Of a DNA stretch of 52,532 nucleotides, positions 11,670 to 22,368 are shown one piece after another (position 1 is the stretch's first letter; each line of letters starts with the position of its first letter). The DNA lies in assembly GCA_009602735.1 (NCBI GenBank), contig WELA01002099.1, positions 97,904-150,435 on the forward strand, read 5' to 3'. Source of the DNA: Mesotaenium endlicherianum. Lineage: Eukaryota. The notes beneath the pieces are model-generated. The model did not search any database. It was not told the origin of the DNA and was given only the letters and a program-made list of their open reading frames with translations. The position numbers and the translations under genes are program-made.

Positions 11670-12962
11670 CTACCGTGAGGTCTCGCGAAGAAGGCAGCGG
11701 GTTGCGGCTGAGGCCGTCAGCGTCCAGGTTTGTCGATCCTCAACGATGGTGCACGTCAAAGGTGTAATCTTGCCCAAGATGAGCGCCCACCGTGCGTACT
11801 TGCCTGTCAGGCGCTCCGACGTCATGAGCCACTTGAGTGGCTCATGGTCGATGACAAAGCGGAAGTGGGTGCTGTAGAGATAGTGCCTGAAATGCACAAT
11901 CGCCCATACTGCTGCCAGGCACTCCCCCTCATAGGAGCCGTAGTTGCCCTCGGCACGGTTGTTGCTGTGGTTGGCGTACGCCACCACATGCTTGAAGCCG
12001 TCATGCTCCTGCACCAGCACAGCTCCAAGTCCTGCCTGCGACCAGTCGGTGTGGAGGATGAAGGGTTTCTGATAGTCAGGCCGCCGTAGTACTGGGGCGC
12101 TCACCAACAGCTCCTTGAGCTTATCAAACGCCGCCTGCTGCTCTGGTCCCCATACGTAGGCAACGCCCTTGCGTAGCAAGTCGTTGAGCGGCTTGGCCAG
12201 CTCGCTGAACCCAGGCACAAAGCGGCGATAGTAGTTGGCGATGCCAAGGAAGGCCCTCAACTGCGAGAGGTCGGTCGGCGGCGGGAAGCCTGTGATGGCC
12301 GAGATCTTGGCCAGCTGAGGAGCCAAACCACTGGAAGACAAAAGATGCCCGAGGTACTCCACCTCCCGGGTCCCAAAGGTGCACTTGCCTGGATGACACT
12401 TGAGCCCAACGGCCTCCAAGCGGTCCAGAACTGTAGTGATATGCGCCACGTGCTCCTCAAATGTCTCACTGAAGACGAGCACGTCATCAATATAGCACCG
12501 GGCAAAGGAGAGCCCTGCCAGCTCCTTATCCATGACTCGCTGGAAGGTGGCAGGAGCGTTCTTCAAGCCGAAGGGCATAATCCTCCACTTGTAGAGACGC
12601 TGCGATCCCCAAAAAGCCGTTTTATGCTGGTCCTCCTCCGCAATGGGTATCTGGTTGAAGCCCTGCCTCAAATCCAGCACCGAGAACCAAGTACAAGCGC
12701 CAATGTTGTCGAAGATCTCATCAGGGGTCGGCATAGGGTATCTGTCCTGCTCAGTGACCTCATTAAGCTTACGATAGTCACCGCACATCCTCTTCTCAGA
12801 CCAGTTGCCTAAGGCGTCCTTCTTAGCTGGCATGACTGTGGGCGCAGCGCAGGTGGAGGCAGACTCACGAATGAGCTGACACTCCTCTAGCTTGCCTGTC
12901 TGCGTGCTGATCAAGTCGTCCTCAAAGCGGCTGTAGCGATAGCGCTTCTGGAAGATGGGCAC
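11670..12962 (-). CDS. Ty3/Gypsy reverse transcriptase and RNase H (part of pol; frameshifted at the C-terminal end)
   Basis: 'YPMPTPDEIFD', 'LDLRQGFNQI', 'MPFGLKNAPATFQR', 'YIDDVLVFS', RNase H 'ILHTDWSQAGLGAVL...YEGECLAAVWA'. Confidence 0.95.
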   Translation of the reverse strand: MPIFQKRYRYSRFEDDLISTQTGKLEECQLIRESASTCAAPTVMPAKKDALGNWSEKRMCGDYRKLNEVTEQDRYPMPTPDEIFDNIGACTWFSVLDLRQGFNQIPIAEEDQHKTAFWGSQRLYKWRIMPFGLKNAPATFQRVMDKELAGLSFARCYIDDVLVFSETFEEHVAHITTVLDRLEAVGLKCHPGKCTFGTREVEYLGHLLSSSGLAPQLAKISAITGFPPPTDLSQLRAFLGIANYYRRFVPGFSELAKPLNDLLRKGVAYVWGPEQQAAFDKLKELLVSAPVLRRPDYQKPFILHTDWSQAGLGAVLVQEHDGFKHVVAYANHSNNRAEGNYGSYEGECLAAVWAIVHFRHYLYSTHFRFVIDHEPLKWLMTSERLTGKYARWALILGKITPLTCTIVEDRQTWTLTASAATRCLLRETSR

Positions 12963-13083
12963 GTCTGTCTAGAGGGGTATCCTCATAGGGTCGCCTGTGT
13001 AGCGCCCAAGATTGTGCATGCCGCTGGCAAAGCTGGCACTGCGCCGTGCATCCAGCAATCCCGTTAGCTGAGCAGCCTGTGCC

Positions 13084-14757
13084 CTAGTGAGAGTCCCCCC
13101 CAGCTTCCAAGTAGGCACAGCTGGTGGTGGCTCCTGCGCTGCGGCTGGCGCCTCCTGCCCTGCTGCTGGCGTGATCTGTGTGTCTGCAGGCGTCACCTGT
13201 CCTCAGGTGCCCTCTTTTCGGCAGTTGCTGCCATATGCCCTGCACCACCTGTAGGCGGCGGAGAGCGTGGAAAAAGAAACGGGGAACAAAACTCCCTGGG
13301 TCGCTGTGAGGACTCCTGTCTCCTCCTGCCCCCCCCCAGCGAACCAGAAGGAGGACCAGGACGCGGCGCAGGCGGCTGCTGGAAAGCTGGACCCTCGCGC
13401 TGGGAATGCCAGGTCGTACCAGGTGGGGCGAGGCCGTCGCCATCGGAATTGCGATCCATGGCGTCATAGGACTGGTCCATCTCAGGTTGACGAAAAGGGG
13501 AGTCAGGGCCTGTGTCTGCAGGTGAAGCCTCGTCAAGACGTTGGCATCGATAGCCTGGCCAAGGAGACGTACGCGGTTGACCTCGGTGATGCCGTCCACC
13601 TGTGTGAGGTGCGGAGGGAAGCTCATCGCACGCTCCATCTCCACAGCACGGGGTCGTTGGAACATGCCAGTCTCGAGGTCAATGATCATGCCGTGCTGGT
13701 CGCCCACGTAGGCCGCGCTGTTGTAGCGACTCACGAACGTAGGAAGCGCCCGCGTGACGTCGCGAAGGACCTCACACTGGGCTTGAGAAGGATGCGAAAG
13801 GGCGACCACGCGCTGGGCCAGGCGTGCCACGTCGAGGATGGAGTCAACATTGCGCGTGTGGCGTGGATGTGCGGCCGCTAATGCCTCAAGCGTGCCTGGC
13901 ATGGCCAGGTTGGTAAAGTAGGCGCGCACACGATGCGCGAAGGAACCAATCTGAGCTGCGTCGATAACTGCCTCACGGTCGGCGTAGCTGCTGCAGAGGG
14001 AAAAGTCGGCGCTGACGTTGGGCCGAGAATTGTGGCGGACAGCCACGTTCTCCAACACCCAAGCGAGCGTGTGCGGCGGCTGGCGGTCCTCAACCATGTT
14101 GAGGACGCGAAGCAGGTGGCAGAACAAGGCCGTACGCGGGTCACCGAGCGCGTTGCCCCGTCCCGCAATGGAGAAGCCCTGGCACTCCCAGCCAGCAATG
14201 ATGAGGTCGATGGGCCCGAGCCGCGTAATGTGCTCGGCGGTAATGTCCATGGGCCAGTCAGTCTGGGCGCGGTAGAAGGCATGCTCAGGGAAGAGGTCTG
14301 GGAAACGCTCGTGGCATAAGGCCATCTGCCTGCGGGCGACCTGCTGCGCCACGCCATCGGGGTCCACGCAGACGTACCAACGTTCGGGGATGCCAGCCTG
14401 CAGGGTGGCCAATAACCCGGTCAAAATGCCGGCAAAGAGCTCGACAAGGACAATGCCGTCGGGACGCTCGTCGAGCTGTGCGGTGTAGATAGGCGTAGGA
14501 AGGGGGCGACAGCCCAGGGCGGGATCGCCGGCGTGCGCTGGCGGTGGATAGGAGCGCAGCAGACTGTGCTGATGGGGCGCCATGCGAAGGGCCGCCACGG
14601 CGAGCTCTGCGTTGTGGCAAGTAAGTCGAGGAATGCGCTCGGGCAGCGACTGCGGGCGAGCCGTGCGAGAATGTGCCTGATAAGTGCGCCAGCGCGCACG
14701 CACGTCCTGCAAGGCCTCCTCGGGCACTGGGCAAACCAGAGCCTGCGCGTCGCGCAC
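13084..14757 (-). CDS. C5 DNA cytosine methyltransferase domain (DNMT3/DRM-like) between protease and RT; core ~13520-14460
   Basis: Motif I 'VELFAGI', IV 'IIAGWECQGFS', VI 'WVLENV', VIII 'AHRVRAYFTNL', IX 'EMERAMSFP', X 'RVRLLGQAIDANV'. Confidence 0.9.
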   Translation of the reverse strand: MRDAQALVCPVPEEALQDVRARWRTYQAHSRTARPQSLPERIPRLTCHNAELAVAALRMAPHQHSLLRSYPPPAHAGDPALGCRPLPTPIYTAQLDERPDGIVLVELFAGILTGLLATLQAGIPERWYVCVDPDGVAQQVARRQMALCHERFPDLFPEHAFYRAQTDWPMDITAEHITRLGPIDLIIAGWECQGFSIAGRGNALGDPRTALFCHLLRVLNMVEDRQPPHTLAWVLENVAVRHNSRPNVSADFSLCSSYADREAVIDAAQIGSFAHRVRAYFTNLAMPGTLEALAAAHPRHTRNVDSILDVARLAQRVVALSHPSQAQCEVLRDVTRALPTFVSRYNSAAYVGDQHGMIIDLETGMFQRPRAVEMERAMSFPPHLTQVDGITEVNRVRLLGQAIDANVLTRLHLQTQALTPLFVNLRWTSPMTPWIAIPMATASPHLVRPGIPSARVQLSSSRLRRVLVLLLVRWGGAGGDRSPHSDPGSFVPRFFFHALRRLQVVQGIWQQLPKRGHLRTGDACRHTDHASSRAGGASRSAGATTSCAYLEAGGDSH

Positions 14758-15949
14758 GCCCTGCTGCTGCCACCGGTTCCTCGTCCTGTAGTTTGCGTGA
14801 TGTGAAGCGGCGTGGGCCAGCTGCTCTGTGGCGGTGCGCTGGGGCAGCTGGGAATGCTGATCAAAGTACGAACGCTAACGCTCGCGAAGATCTGCCTAAA
14901 GGGGCACTGTGCAGACGGAGCGCTCGTCCCAATGTGCTGCCTGTCGAGGACGGACGAGCTGACGTGGGGCAAGTTGGACTCGCGGGCGCAGCGGTGAAAG
15001 AGATGCAAGTCGGACGCGCTCCCGCTGGCTGCGCTGCATGGGCCCTGCGCGTGTTGCGTGCGGATGAGGATGACGGTCGCGGAGGCGCGCAACGGTGCGG
15101 GCCACCTCATGAGGAGGTGACCCAGACGGCCCGTCGCCGGCTATGTGACTGCGCGGGACGTCGGCAGGCCAGCCAAGCGGCGTCTGGTATAGTGCGTGGG
15201 CTGCAGTGGTGGAGGAAGACTGTGCGTCATGCTCGCGGGTGCAGAGATCGCGCGGACCGTCATACGGCGGTGTGATTGAGCGCGGGCGCGTCTCGCGTAA
15301 AGGAGTGACTTTTCTCCCCTCCCGAAGAGGAGTGACCTCCCGTGCGTCCCTGGGAGTGTCGCGCAGAGGCGTGGCCTCACAGGCAGCCCTGGTATGCTCG
15401 CGGATCGGAGTGACCCCGCGTGCGTGCCGGTCTAGTGGCAGAGTGCGGCGTGCAAAGCGTAGAGCTGGCCTGGCGTAGGGGGAAGGGCCTGTATGTCGAG
15501 GACCGAGGATGCTGGTCCTGGCCACTGTCTGCTGCGCACGTCCGGCTTGCGGGTTGATGGCGGAGAAAGGAACCGTGGAGGCGGTGCTGGCGGAGGCGCG
15601 ACCTGGCCAGCTTTTGCTCAGGCTGTTGCCAGCAAACAAGTGCGTGACGTCACGGCAATTGTTGCTGGTCAAACAGTCGTGCTGTATCGGACGACTAGGC
15701 CTGCCAGCGCATGGATGGGCTCGACGGGGATTGGCCGTGGTCTCGTGTGAGAGAGAACTGAAGCCGGGAGGCCCTGTAGGCTGGCGTTGGACGCGAGCTG
15801 TAGGCGTGGGCAGCAATGGCTCTGCTGACGGCGGGGCTGCGGGCTCCTCTGCGGCCTCCTGGGACCACTCCTGCCACTCCTCCTCCTCGCTGCTCAATGA
15901 CGCATCGTCGGACCTGCCGGGGAATGTTGCCTGCCTCATGGCCTCATCC

Positions 15950-17008
15950 TCAGACGTGGTAGTGCGTGGCCACGAGTTGCCTATCCGGTGCGGGTGAGGG
16001 CAACTGGGATGCCATGCGGTACTGGATAGCGACCCCCACAGGCACGTCATGCCGTACGCGGACGTGTGATCTCGAGGAGGGTCCGCTAGTCGCAGGAGGC
16101 TGTGGCCTAGGTATGGCTGCTTTGGCTGTGGCTGCGTCATGAGCGTGAGCTGCAGCAGTAAGGGCAGCCGTAGCAACGGCGTGTGCCTCTACGGCGTCTG
16201 CCGCCATCTGACGCATCATGGCGTTATGCGCGGCGTAGATCTGCACTGTCTCCCTGGCTTGTGCGGCCAGAGCGTCAGCCTGCTCCTGGGGCGTGAGGTA
16301 GAGCTCGGCACCAGACAGCTCGGGATCCTCCTCTTGCGTCTTCAGTAAGTTGGCGCCGACGGAGACCTCGTCATCCTCGGCCCCCCCCTTATTGGTCTGA
16401 ACCACGGACCGACCGTCGTCCAGCGCCATGAAGCCGTAGAGGGCGGACTCAGCTGAGCGATGATTCAAGATGTCATGTGGCACAGATGCAGTGCGGGTCC
16501 CCCCTGACTGCCAGTCGGGTCGATAAAAGACCCGCTCCACCCAGTTATCCACTGCGGCGCCGATAGGAAAGAGCACGTCTTGGCCAAGGAGCACGTCGAA
16601 GGTCTCGGAGCGAGTGACCAACGCATGCCGGTGGATGGTCGTCTCATCCGGAGTGCCGGGCCGAAAGGTGAAGCGAAGGGCCAGCCGCGTGCGCCCGGTG
16701 ACGGTCTCGGACGTGCCGGCAGCGATGTTGATCCGCGTAGGCGAATCCTCTAGGTCGGCTGACGAGAGGCCAAGCTGGCGGAAGTAGCGCAAGTTGATGA
16801 GGACTGGCTGGGCGCCAGTGTCAAACATGATGCGTTGCGGGGCCTGCGTGTTGACCAGCACGATGCCCTGCAAATTATCAAAAAACGCAGCGTGAGGCGT
16901 GCTGATCATCCTGCGCTCATGCGCAGGTCGCGCGGGTGCGGAGAGCACCGCGGCTGCCGCGTCTGACGTTGGCCTGTCGTCAGAGGCGCGCTGGCTGGCC
17001 CTGCGCAA
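15950..17008 (-). CDS. Retropepsin aspartic protease region
   Basis: 'IMFDTGAQPVLI' active site and 'FDVLLGQDVLFPIGAAVD' C-terminal motif. Confidence 0.85.
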   Translation of the reverse strand: MRRASQRASDDRPTSDAAAAVLSAPARPAHERRMISTPHAAFFDNLQGIVLVNTQAPQRIMFDTGAQPVLINLRYFRQLGLSSADLEDSPTRINIAAGTSETVTGRTRLALRFTFRPGTPDETTIHRHALVTRSETFDVLLGQDVLFPIGAAVDNWVERVFYRPDWQSGGTRTASVPHDILNHRSAESALYGFMALDDGRSVVQTNKGGAEDDEVSVGANLLKTQEEDPELSGAELYLTPQEQADALAAQARETVQIYAAHNAMMRQMAADAVEAHAVATAALTAAAHAHDAATAKAAIPRPQPPATSGPSSRSHVRVRHDVPVGVAIQYRMASQLPSPAPDRQLVATHYHV

Positions 17009-17379
17009 CTGGAGCAGTAGCTAGGTCGCCTGCCGTGTGGCCTCCATCGACACGCCGAGCTCCACGAAGGAGACTGCGGGCATGCGGTGAAGCGCCAGCG
17101 AGATGACCTCGGCGCTGAGCTGCACCGTGGTCATCGACGAGGCCATCGCGTGAGGCGCGAAGGCCGCTGGCGCTGTTGGCGTGTCCAGCACGCGGAACGA
17201 GCGGGGCAGACGCGGCGCCTTCTCCGTGCGACGCCCCTGATCCGGCCCGACGCGCTTCTGTGCCACCGCTGGGCGTGCGGCTGCCAACAAAGCGTGCTTG
17301 CGCCGTGCGGTGCCGTCTGCTGTGCGGCCTCCAAGTGGCACTGTGCGTGCGCAGCAGGCCAGAATGGGGCCGCACGCGG

Positions 17380-19095
17380 CTATAGCAGCAAGCGCAGCCG
17401 CTGGACAGTCGGCCAAAGAGCGGCTGGAACACCTGGCGCTGGCGTACCTGGCGCTGGTGCTCCCCGCGCAAATGCACCTGACGCTGGTGCACCTGGCGCT
17501 GGCGCGCTCGGCGCGGGCGGTCCTGAGCATGCTTGCGCAGTCGTCGGCGCAGGTGCCAGGCTTGCTGGCTCAGTTGTCGGTGCTGGCGCTGCCTCGGCGA
17601 CCAGAAGGCCGCCAGGTGGCACTGGCCCACCTGGTACTGGCGTCGTGAGATGCGCTTGCTCGGGTCCTCCTGCAGCTGGCGCCTCGGCGAACGATGGTGC
17701 CTCCGATGGAGCGGCTGCGAATGCCAGCACTGCTTCGGGCGCAGGTGCTTCGGCCGCTGGCGCGAACGCCAGAGCTGGCGTAGGCTTGGCTGTTGGCAGC
17801 CTGACAAGTGGCGCTTTGAGGACGCCCCTGGGCCTGCAAGGTCGCGTCGCCCGACCGGTGTCGGTGTCGATGTCGGCTGCCCCTAGCAAGGTACGTGGCG
17901 CCCTCCAGGTAGCGCGCGTGCTCGCCGGGACCCTCGCTACGCTTATCGCGAAGGCCCAGGAGTTTTGTGCGCAGCCAGGGTTTAAGCCCTGGCTTTGCGC
18001 AACCGTGTGCGTGCCGTCGCAGTTCCAAACGGAGACACGGCCACGCAGCGCGATCAGGGATGTCGCCCCCTGGCTTGGGATGGCAGTCGCGGCCGCCAGA
18101 TCTGCGCTGGCTGAGCCGGACTGCGTGCGCGTGCCAAATGGCAGCACGTGTGCGCAGGTGCTGTACGCAACGGCTGACGTGGCTGCCGTGAGGTGGTCGC
18201 GTGGCGGGCTGCTGAGCGAGCGTCGCAATGCGGTGCGCGGCATGTGCGGGCGTGAGCAGGCATGCGCGTGTGTGCCGCTGCCGTCAGGCAAGGTCTCGCC
18301 AGCCGTGCACGCGTCAGGTGCGACGACTGCTGGCGCGGCTGCCAGGATTGGCGCAGGTGCGATTGCGGGGGGGCTGCCAAGTGGCGCCTCCCAATTGCTC
18401 CTGGGGTTGCGGGGGCTGGTGTCTGGTCCAACATCCAGGTCGGTGTTGGCTGCCTTGGACGCCGCTCGCAACGCCCTCCCCCCGATGCGTGCATACGCCG
18501 AAGCCCCCGTAACGCGAATTGCGTCAGCGCAAGGGTTTTGTGCGCAGCCAGGGTTGAAGCCCTGGCTTTGCTCAGCCGTGAGTGTGCCATCGGCGATCTG
18601 CACGGCAATCTGGCCGCACAGCGCAATCAAGGATGCCCCCTCCTGACTGGGAATGGCGATCGCGGCCGCCGAATCTGCGCTGGCCAAGCCGGGCTGCGTG
18701 CGCGCGCCATGTGGAAGGACGTGTGCGCAGCTGGCGTGCGCAGCTGCTGTTGTGGCTGCCGAGCTGCGATCTTGTAGCTGGCTGCCCGGCAAGCCTCGCG
18801 CCGCCATGTGCGGTGTGAGCGGATGCGTGAGAGCGCGAGTGTGCGCGTGGCTGCCGATAAGACCGGCCTGGCCTGCCGGACACGCGGCAAGTGTCGGCGC
18901 CTGCTGGACCCTGCTGCTTGCAGCGGCCAGCAGGGTGAGACCATCCTGGCGTTGCCGGCTGGTGCGCAGATCTACGCACGGAATGGCGACGCGTACAGCG
19001 AGGGGCGCGGCAGCCGTGTGTGCTGCAAACGTGTCACTCATCTGGCGAGCGCGCCCTGTCGTGACAGCTGTCGATACGCAGACTGCCGGCAGCAC
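17380..19095 (-). CDS. Ala/Pro-rich region with two copies of an unknown ~190-aa module, between Gag and protease
   Basis: 'CAHVLP.G.RTQ.G.ASAD.AAA.AIPSQ...LIAL.G......DGT.T..QSQG.NPGCAQN' occurs twice in one frame; homologues in G2 and G3. Coding status is unproven. Confidence 0.5.
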   Translation of the reverse strand: MLPAVCVSTAVTTGRARQMSDTFAAHTAAAPLAVRVAIPCVDLRTSRQRQDGLTLLAAASSRVQQAPTLAACPAGQAGLIGSHAHTRALTHPLTPHMAARGLPGSQLQDRSSAATTAAAHASCAHVLPHGARTQPGLASADSAAAIAIPSQEGASLIALCGQIAVQIADGTLTAEQSQGFNPGCAQNPCADAIRVTGASAYARIGGRALRAASKAANTDLDVGPDTSPRNPRSNWEAPLGSPPAIAPAPILAAAPAVVAPDACTAGETLPDGSGTHAHACSRPHMPRTALRRSLSSPPRDHLTAATSAVAYSTCAHVLPFGTRTQSGSASADLAAATAIPSQGATSLIALRGRVSVWNCDGTHTVAQSQGLNPGCAQNSWAFAISVARVPASTRATWRAPRTLLGAADIDTDTGRATRPCRPRGVLKAPLVRLPTAKPTPALAFAPAAEAPAPEAVLAFAAAPSEAPSFAEAPAAGGPEQAHLTTPVPGGPVPPGGLLVAEAAPAPTTEPASLAPAPTTAQACSGPPAPSAPAPGAPASGAFARGAPAPGTPAPGVPAALWPTVQRLRLLL

Positions 19096-19230
19096 TGCTG
19101 GCGGCAGCAGGGCGGCACAGACGAGAGGGGCTGCTGGAGCCTGCGGCTGTGCTGGCGTGTGTGCCGGACCGTCAAGGGGCGCATCGGGAGCTGCAGCGTC
19201 CGTGACGCAGGGTAGCAGGACCGCGTGAGC

Positions 19231-20859
19231 CTACAGCATGCCATCTCGCAGCCCGACCGGACGAGTGCAGCGGCTGCTGACGGACATCAGCGCAGAGTGC
19301 GCAGGTCTGGCAGAAGCGTCTGCGCAGACGTCTGCGGCGCTGGTCGCTGTAGCTCTGTCGTGGGGCGGGCGCGTGCGAGGCTGTAGCGCTGCTATAGCGC
19401 CAGGTGCCAGCCTCCGGGGCTGCCAAGTGTTGGCGTCGTGAAGGGGCGCAGGAGCTGCGCAGACGCCAGCTGTCGGAGGTGAAGCGTCTGACGACGGGAC
19501 GCGTGCAAAGAGGGCTCCGCACGCTTCGTAACTGTCGGTGGCGACGAGACCGCGGAGTCTGGCAATCTCTGCGTTGGCTTCTACGAGGGCATCGCTGACG
19601 TCGTCAAAACTGTAGTAATGGGCTCCGGGGGTCAGCGCAGCGTCCATCGTAGCCGCGGCTGCCGTCATCGAGGGGTGTCCACCCGTGCAAGGGCTACGCA
19701 TGCCCCGCAGTCCTGCTGCTGGCGCAGGGCCGTCACGAGCGCGTCCGTTCTTGACGTTGCGCTTCTTCTGCAGGCATACAATCTGCAGGTGGCCGGCCTT
19801 GCCACAGTAGGTACAATCACCGGGCTTGCCATTCTGCGCAATAGTGCAATTTTGACGAGAGTGGCCCGTCTTCCCGCAAGACCAACAGGGGTCGCTCGTC
19901 GTGGCGGCCATGGAAATGCGGCCACGCGGAGCTCCGCGCTGCTGGGTCTGCTGGGACAGCTGAGAGCGCTGAGGCTGCTGCTGCTGCTAGGGCTGGCGAG
20001 CCGGAACTGGGCGCATTGTTGTGGATGGCAGCACCGAAGACTCCTGGCGCACGCCCGTGGATGCGAGGCCTACACGGTCGCTAATGTTGCTCCGTGCGGC
20101 GGCCAAGCTCTGTTTCTCGACTGAGAGGTAAGCGTCCTCCAGCGAGTACTCAGAGCCGATGTGGTAGATGAGAGGAGCCATGGCTCGCTCCCTCAAACGT
20201 GGCTCTACGGCGCGTAAGAAGATCTCCGCTGCCTCCCGGTCAGTGACGGTGCCAATGTCTCGGCGAAGGTGCGTCAAGCGGCAGTACATCATGCGGATTG
20301 TCTCATTCTTGTTGCGGAAGAAGTGGTGCAGCTCGTACACCTTCTCTTCGGTCGCGGCCTGGAACTCCTTCCTGAGGACGTCCCAGAAGGCCTTGACCGG
20401 ATCAGCGAGGGGGGTCTCCACTGGGGGTTCCCCCACAGGCTCTGTGCGTGCGTAGATCTCGTCACCCTTCTCACGGAATGTGTCACGGGCCTCGTAGAGG
20501 AGATAGTGCATGAGCATATAGAACACGTCACGCTTAGTGAGCGCGGGCGTCTTAAGCCTCGCGGTCACGAACTCAGCCTCCAACTCTGAGACTGTGTCGT
20601 CCAGATCACAGGTTCCTGGTTTGCCGCTGAAGCGGAAGAGGGAGGACCTGTCAGCCTTAACCTGGTGGTCACCTGCCATGGGATACCAGGAATCGTGGTG
20701 AGCCCAATGGAAAGACGGCTCAGGGACAATCACAGGAAGCACGAGTGCCGGCTGTTCCCCTTCAGAGGGTTCAGTGACAGTACTGAGATCGGAGTCTGAG
20801 TCTTCTCCACTAACCCCTTTGTAGTAAGGCTGGTAAGCACGCCCACTACGGGTAGGCAT
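19231..20859 (-). pseudogene. gag: gag of G1 with two CCHC zinc knuckles and an in-frame premature TAG at 19987-19989
   Basis: ORFs 19987-20859 and 19231-19911 are in the same frame. Knuckles 'CWSCGKTGHSRQNC' and 'CTYCGKAGHLQIVC'. The stop lies in a CAG run, consistent with CAG>TAG. Confidence 0.88.
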
Positions 20860-20910
20860 ACGTTGAAGATTCTAATTGCGTGCAGGCAAAGAGAGATCTT
20901 TTTAGAAGTA

Positions 20911-21892
20911 AGGAGTGTGTACTCTCCAGAGTGAGCACCTCAAGACTGTAATCTGGTAGGAAAACAACTATTGAAGTCCGGCCCAAAAGATCACTAGAAG
21001 CACATCATGATCTTCAAGAGTAGTCCTACGGCAGGGGATATAAGTTGGGACTTTGCTCACCACTTGTGAAGTTCTTCTAGTGAGTAGAAGCCAGCAAGGC
21101 TTGCTCTTCACGAGAGAGAGACTATGTGGTCCTGAAAACACAAGAGATAAAAGTGTAAGCTTTACTGATAATCTCTGTCACTTACAACTGGCATGATGGG
21201 ACTTCTAGAAAGATGTTCCTCTAGGGACATCTCTAGTACTTATACTCCTGAAAACCCGGCGTCGTATGCGGCGGATCCAATGCATGTAGTCACTCTAGGA
21301 GGCTCTCCTATGTCCACTAATGTGAACAAGGCATGTACTAGCACTCCTGTAGGCTAAGCATAACTCAACCCAATCAAAGCAAAGCACGTAGAATATGCTA
21401 AGTGTCTCTCATTGGTGGAGCTTATCTTGGGTAGTTCTACCTAGATAGCGCCTCAAAAGTGAATCTGAAACTTGAGGAAGCTTCCTCTAGGAGTAGGTGA
21501 TGCAGTCACCAAGTTATACCCTAATGATGCACTTATACCATGAAAATGCAAGATTGATGTAATCTAAAGGGCTCGCGGATTTGTGCGCACAAAGCTAGGG
21601 GTCCTTGGGGTCACGAATGGTCAACATTGTCACCTTTGGGTGCCTTGAGTCACAAATTGGCCATTTGGTGTGATTTTGCTTGGTGCCGAAAGGAGTGCGG
21701 ACTAGATCGCGTGACGCGAAACTGGTGCCATTCGGAAGATGCTTCGACGCGCTACACTTTGGTGACTTGAGATCTAGAGAAGGTCAACATATGGATGCGT
21801 AAAGTCAATGCAAAGTTGGTCTTCCTAGGTTGATGGTTCACACACGTAGAACTTGGTTTTGTATGTCAACCTCGACTTAATAAATCATGACA
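20911..21892 (-). repeat. Repeat A of G1
   Basis: Reverse-complement homologue of 7453-8459; starts TGTCATGA on the minus strand. Confidence 0.88.
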
Positions 21893-22336
21893 GACTTAAC
21901 CACACTGGTAGGACATTGATTTACCGAATCTTAGTCAACCTCCCGACTTTCAGTGTACTACGGTCATATGTGCCAATCTATGAATATTTATGTAAATGAA
22001 TATATCTATCGTCAGCGTACTGCGTCCAAGACAATTGACTAACATTATACCTAGTTTAAAGATTCGGATTCGCCGCATACGTATGTGCGTATTTGTCGTG
22101 CGTACGATACGTGAGAGTTGAAACTGTTATGTTAGAATTTGCCGGAATACGTGAGTGTTGGTGGAATAAACCGACTATAAATCGGAATAGATTGGAAAAT
22201 CCGGGCATAGGCACAATACGAAGTATCACGATACGGAGTATTACAACATGTACGGTACGACCAAAAGAGCCTGTACGGGAGTACTTTTAAACTAGGTTGT
22301 TATACGAGCTTACTAAATATGAACCTACTGATATGT

Positions 22337-22368
<32 letters not shown>

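Larger units (their letters stand above)
9862..21892 (-). mobile_element. G1: near-complete Gypsy-type element (gag-PR-DNMT-RT-RH-INT-PHD) with no terminal direct repeat (A-ORFs-PPT-B)
   Basis: Plus-strand ends TGTCGTGC (9862) and CATGACA (21892). TSD GAGT/GACT. The empty site can be rebuilt from the intact L copy ('ccaggagttaaccac', ~5926-5940), which fixes both boundaries. Confidence 0.92.

Noticed and set aside
17087..18646. Long plus-strand ORFs antisense to G1 (e.g. 519 aa) and similar antisense ORFs in G2 and G3
   Set aside because: Expected from GC-rich, stop-poor sequence; no recognisable motifs.
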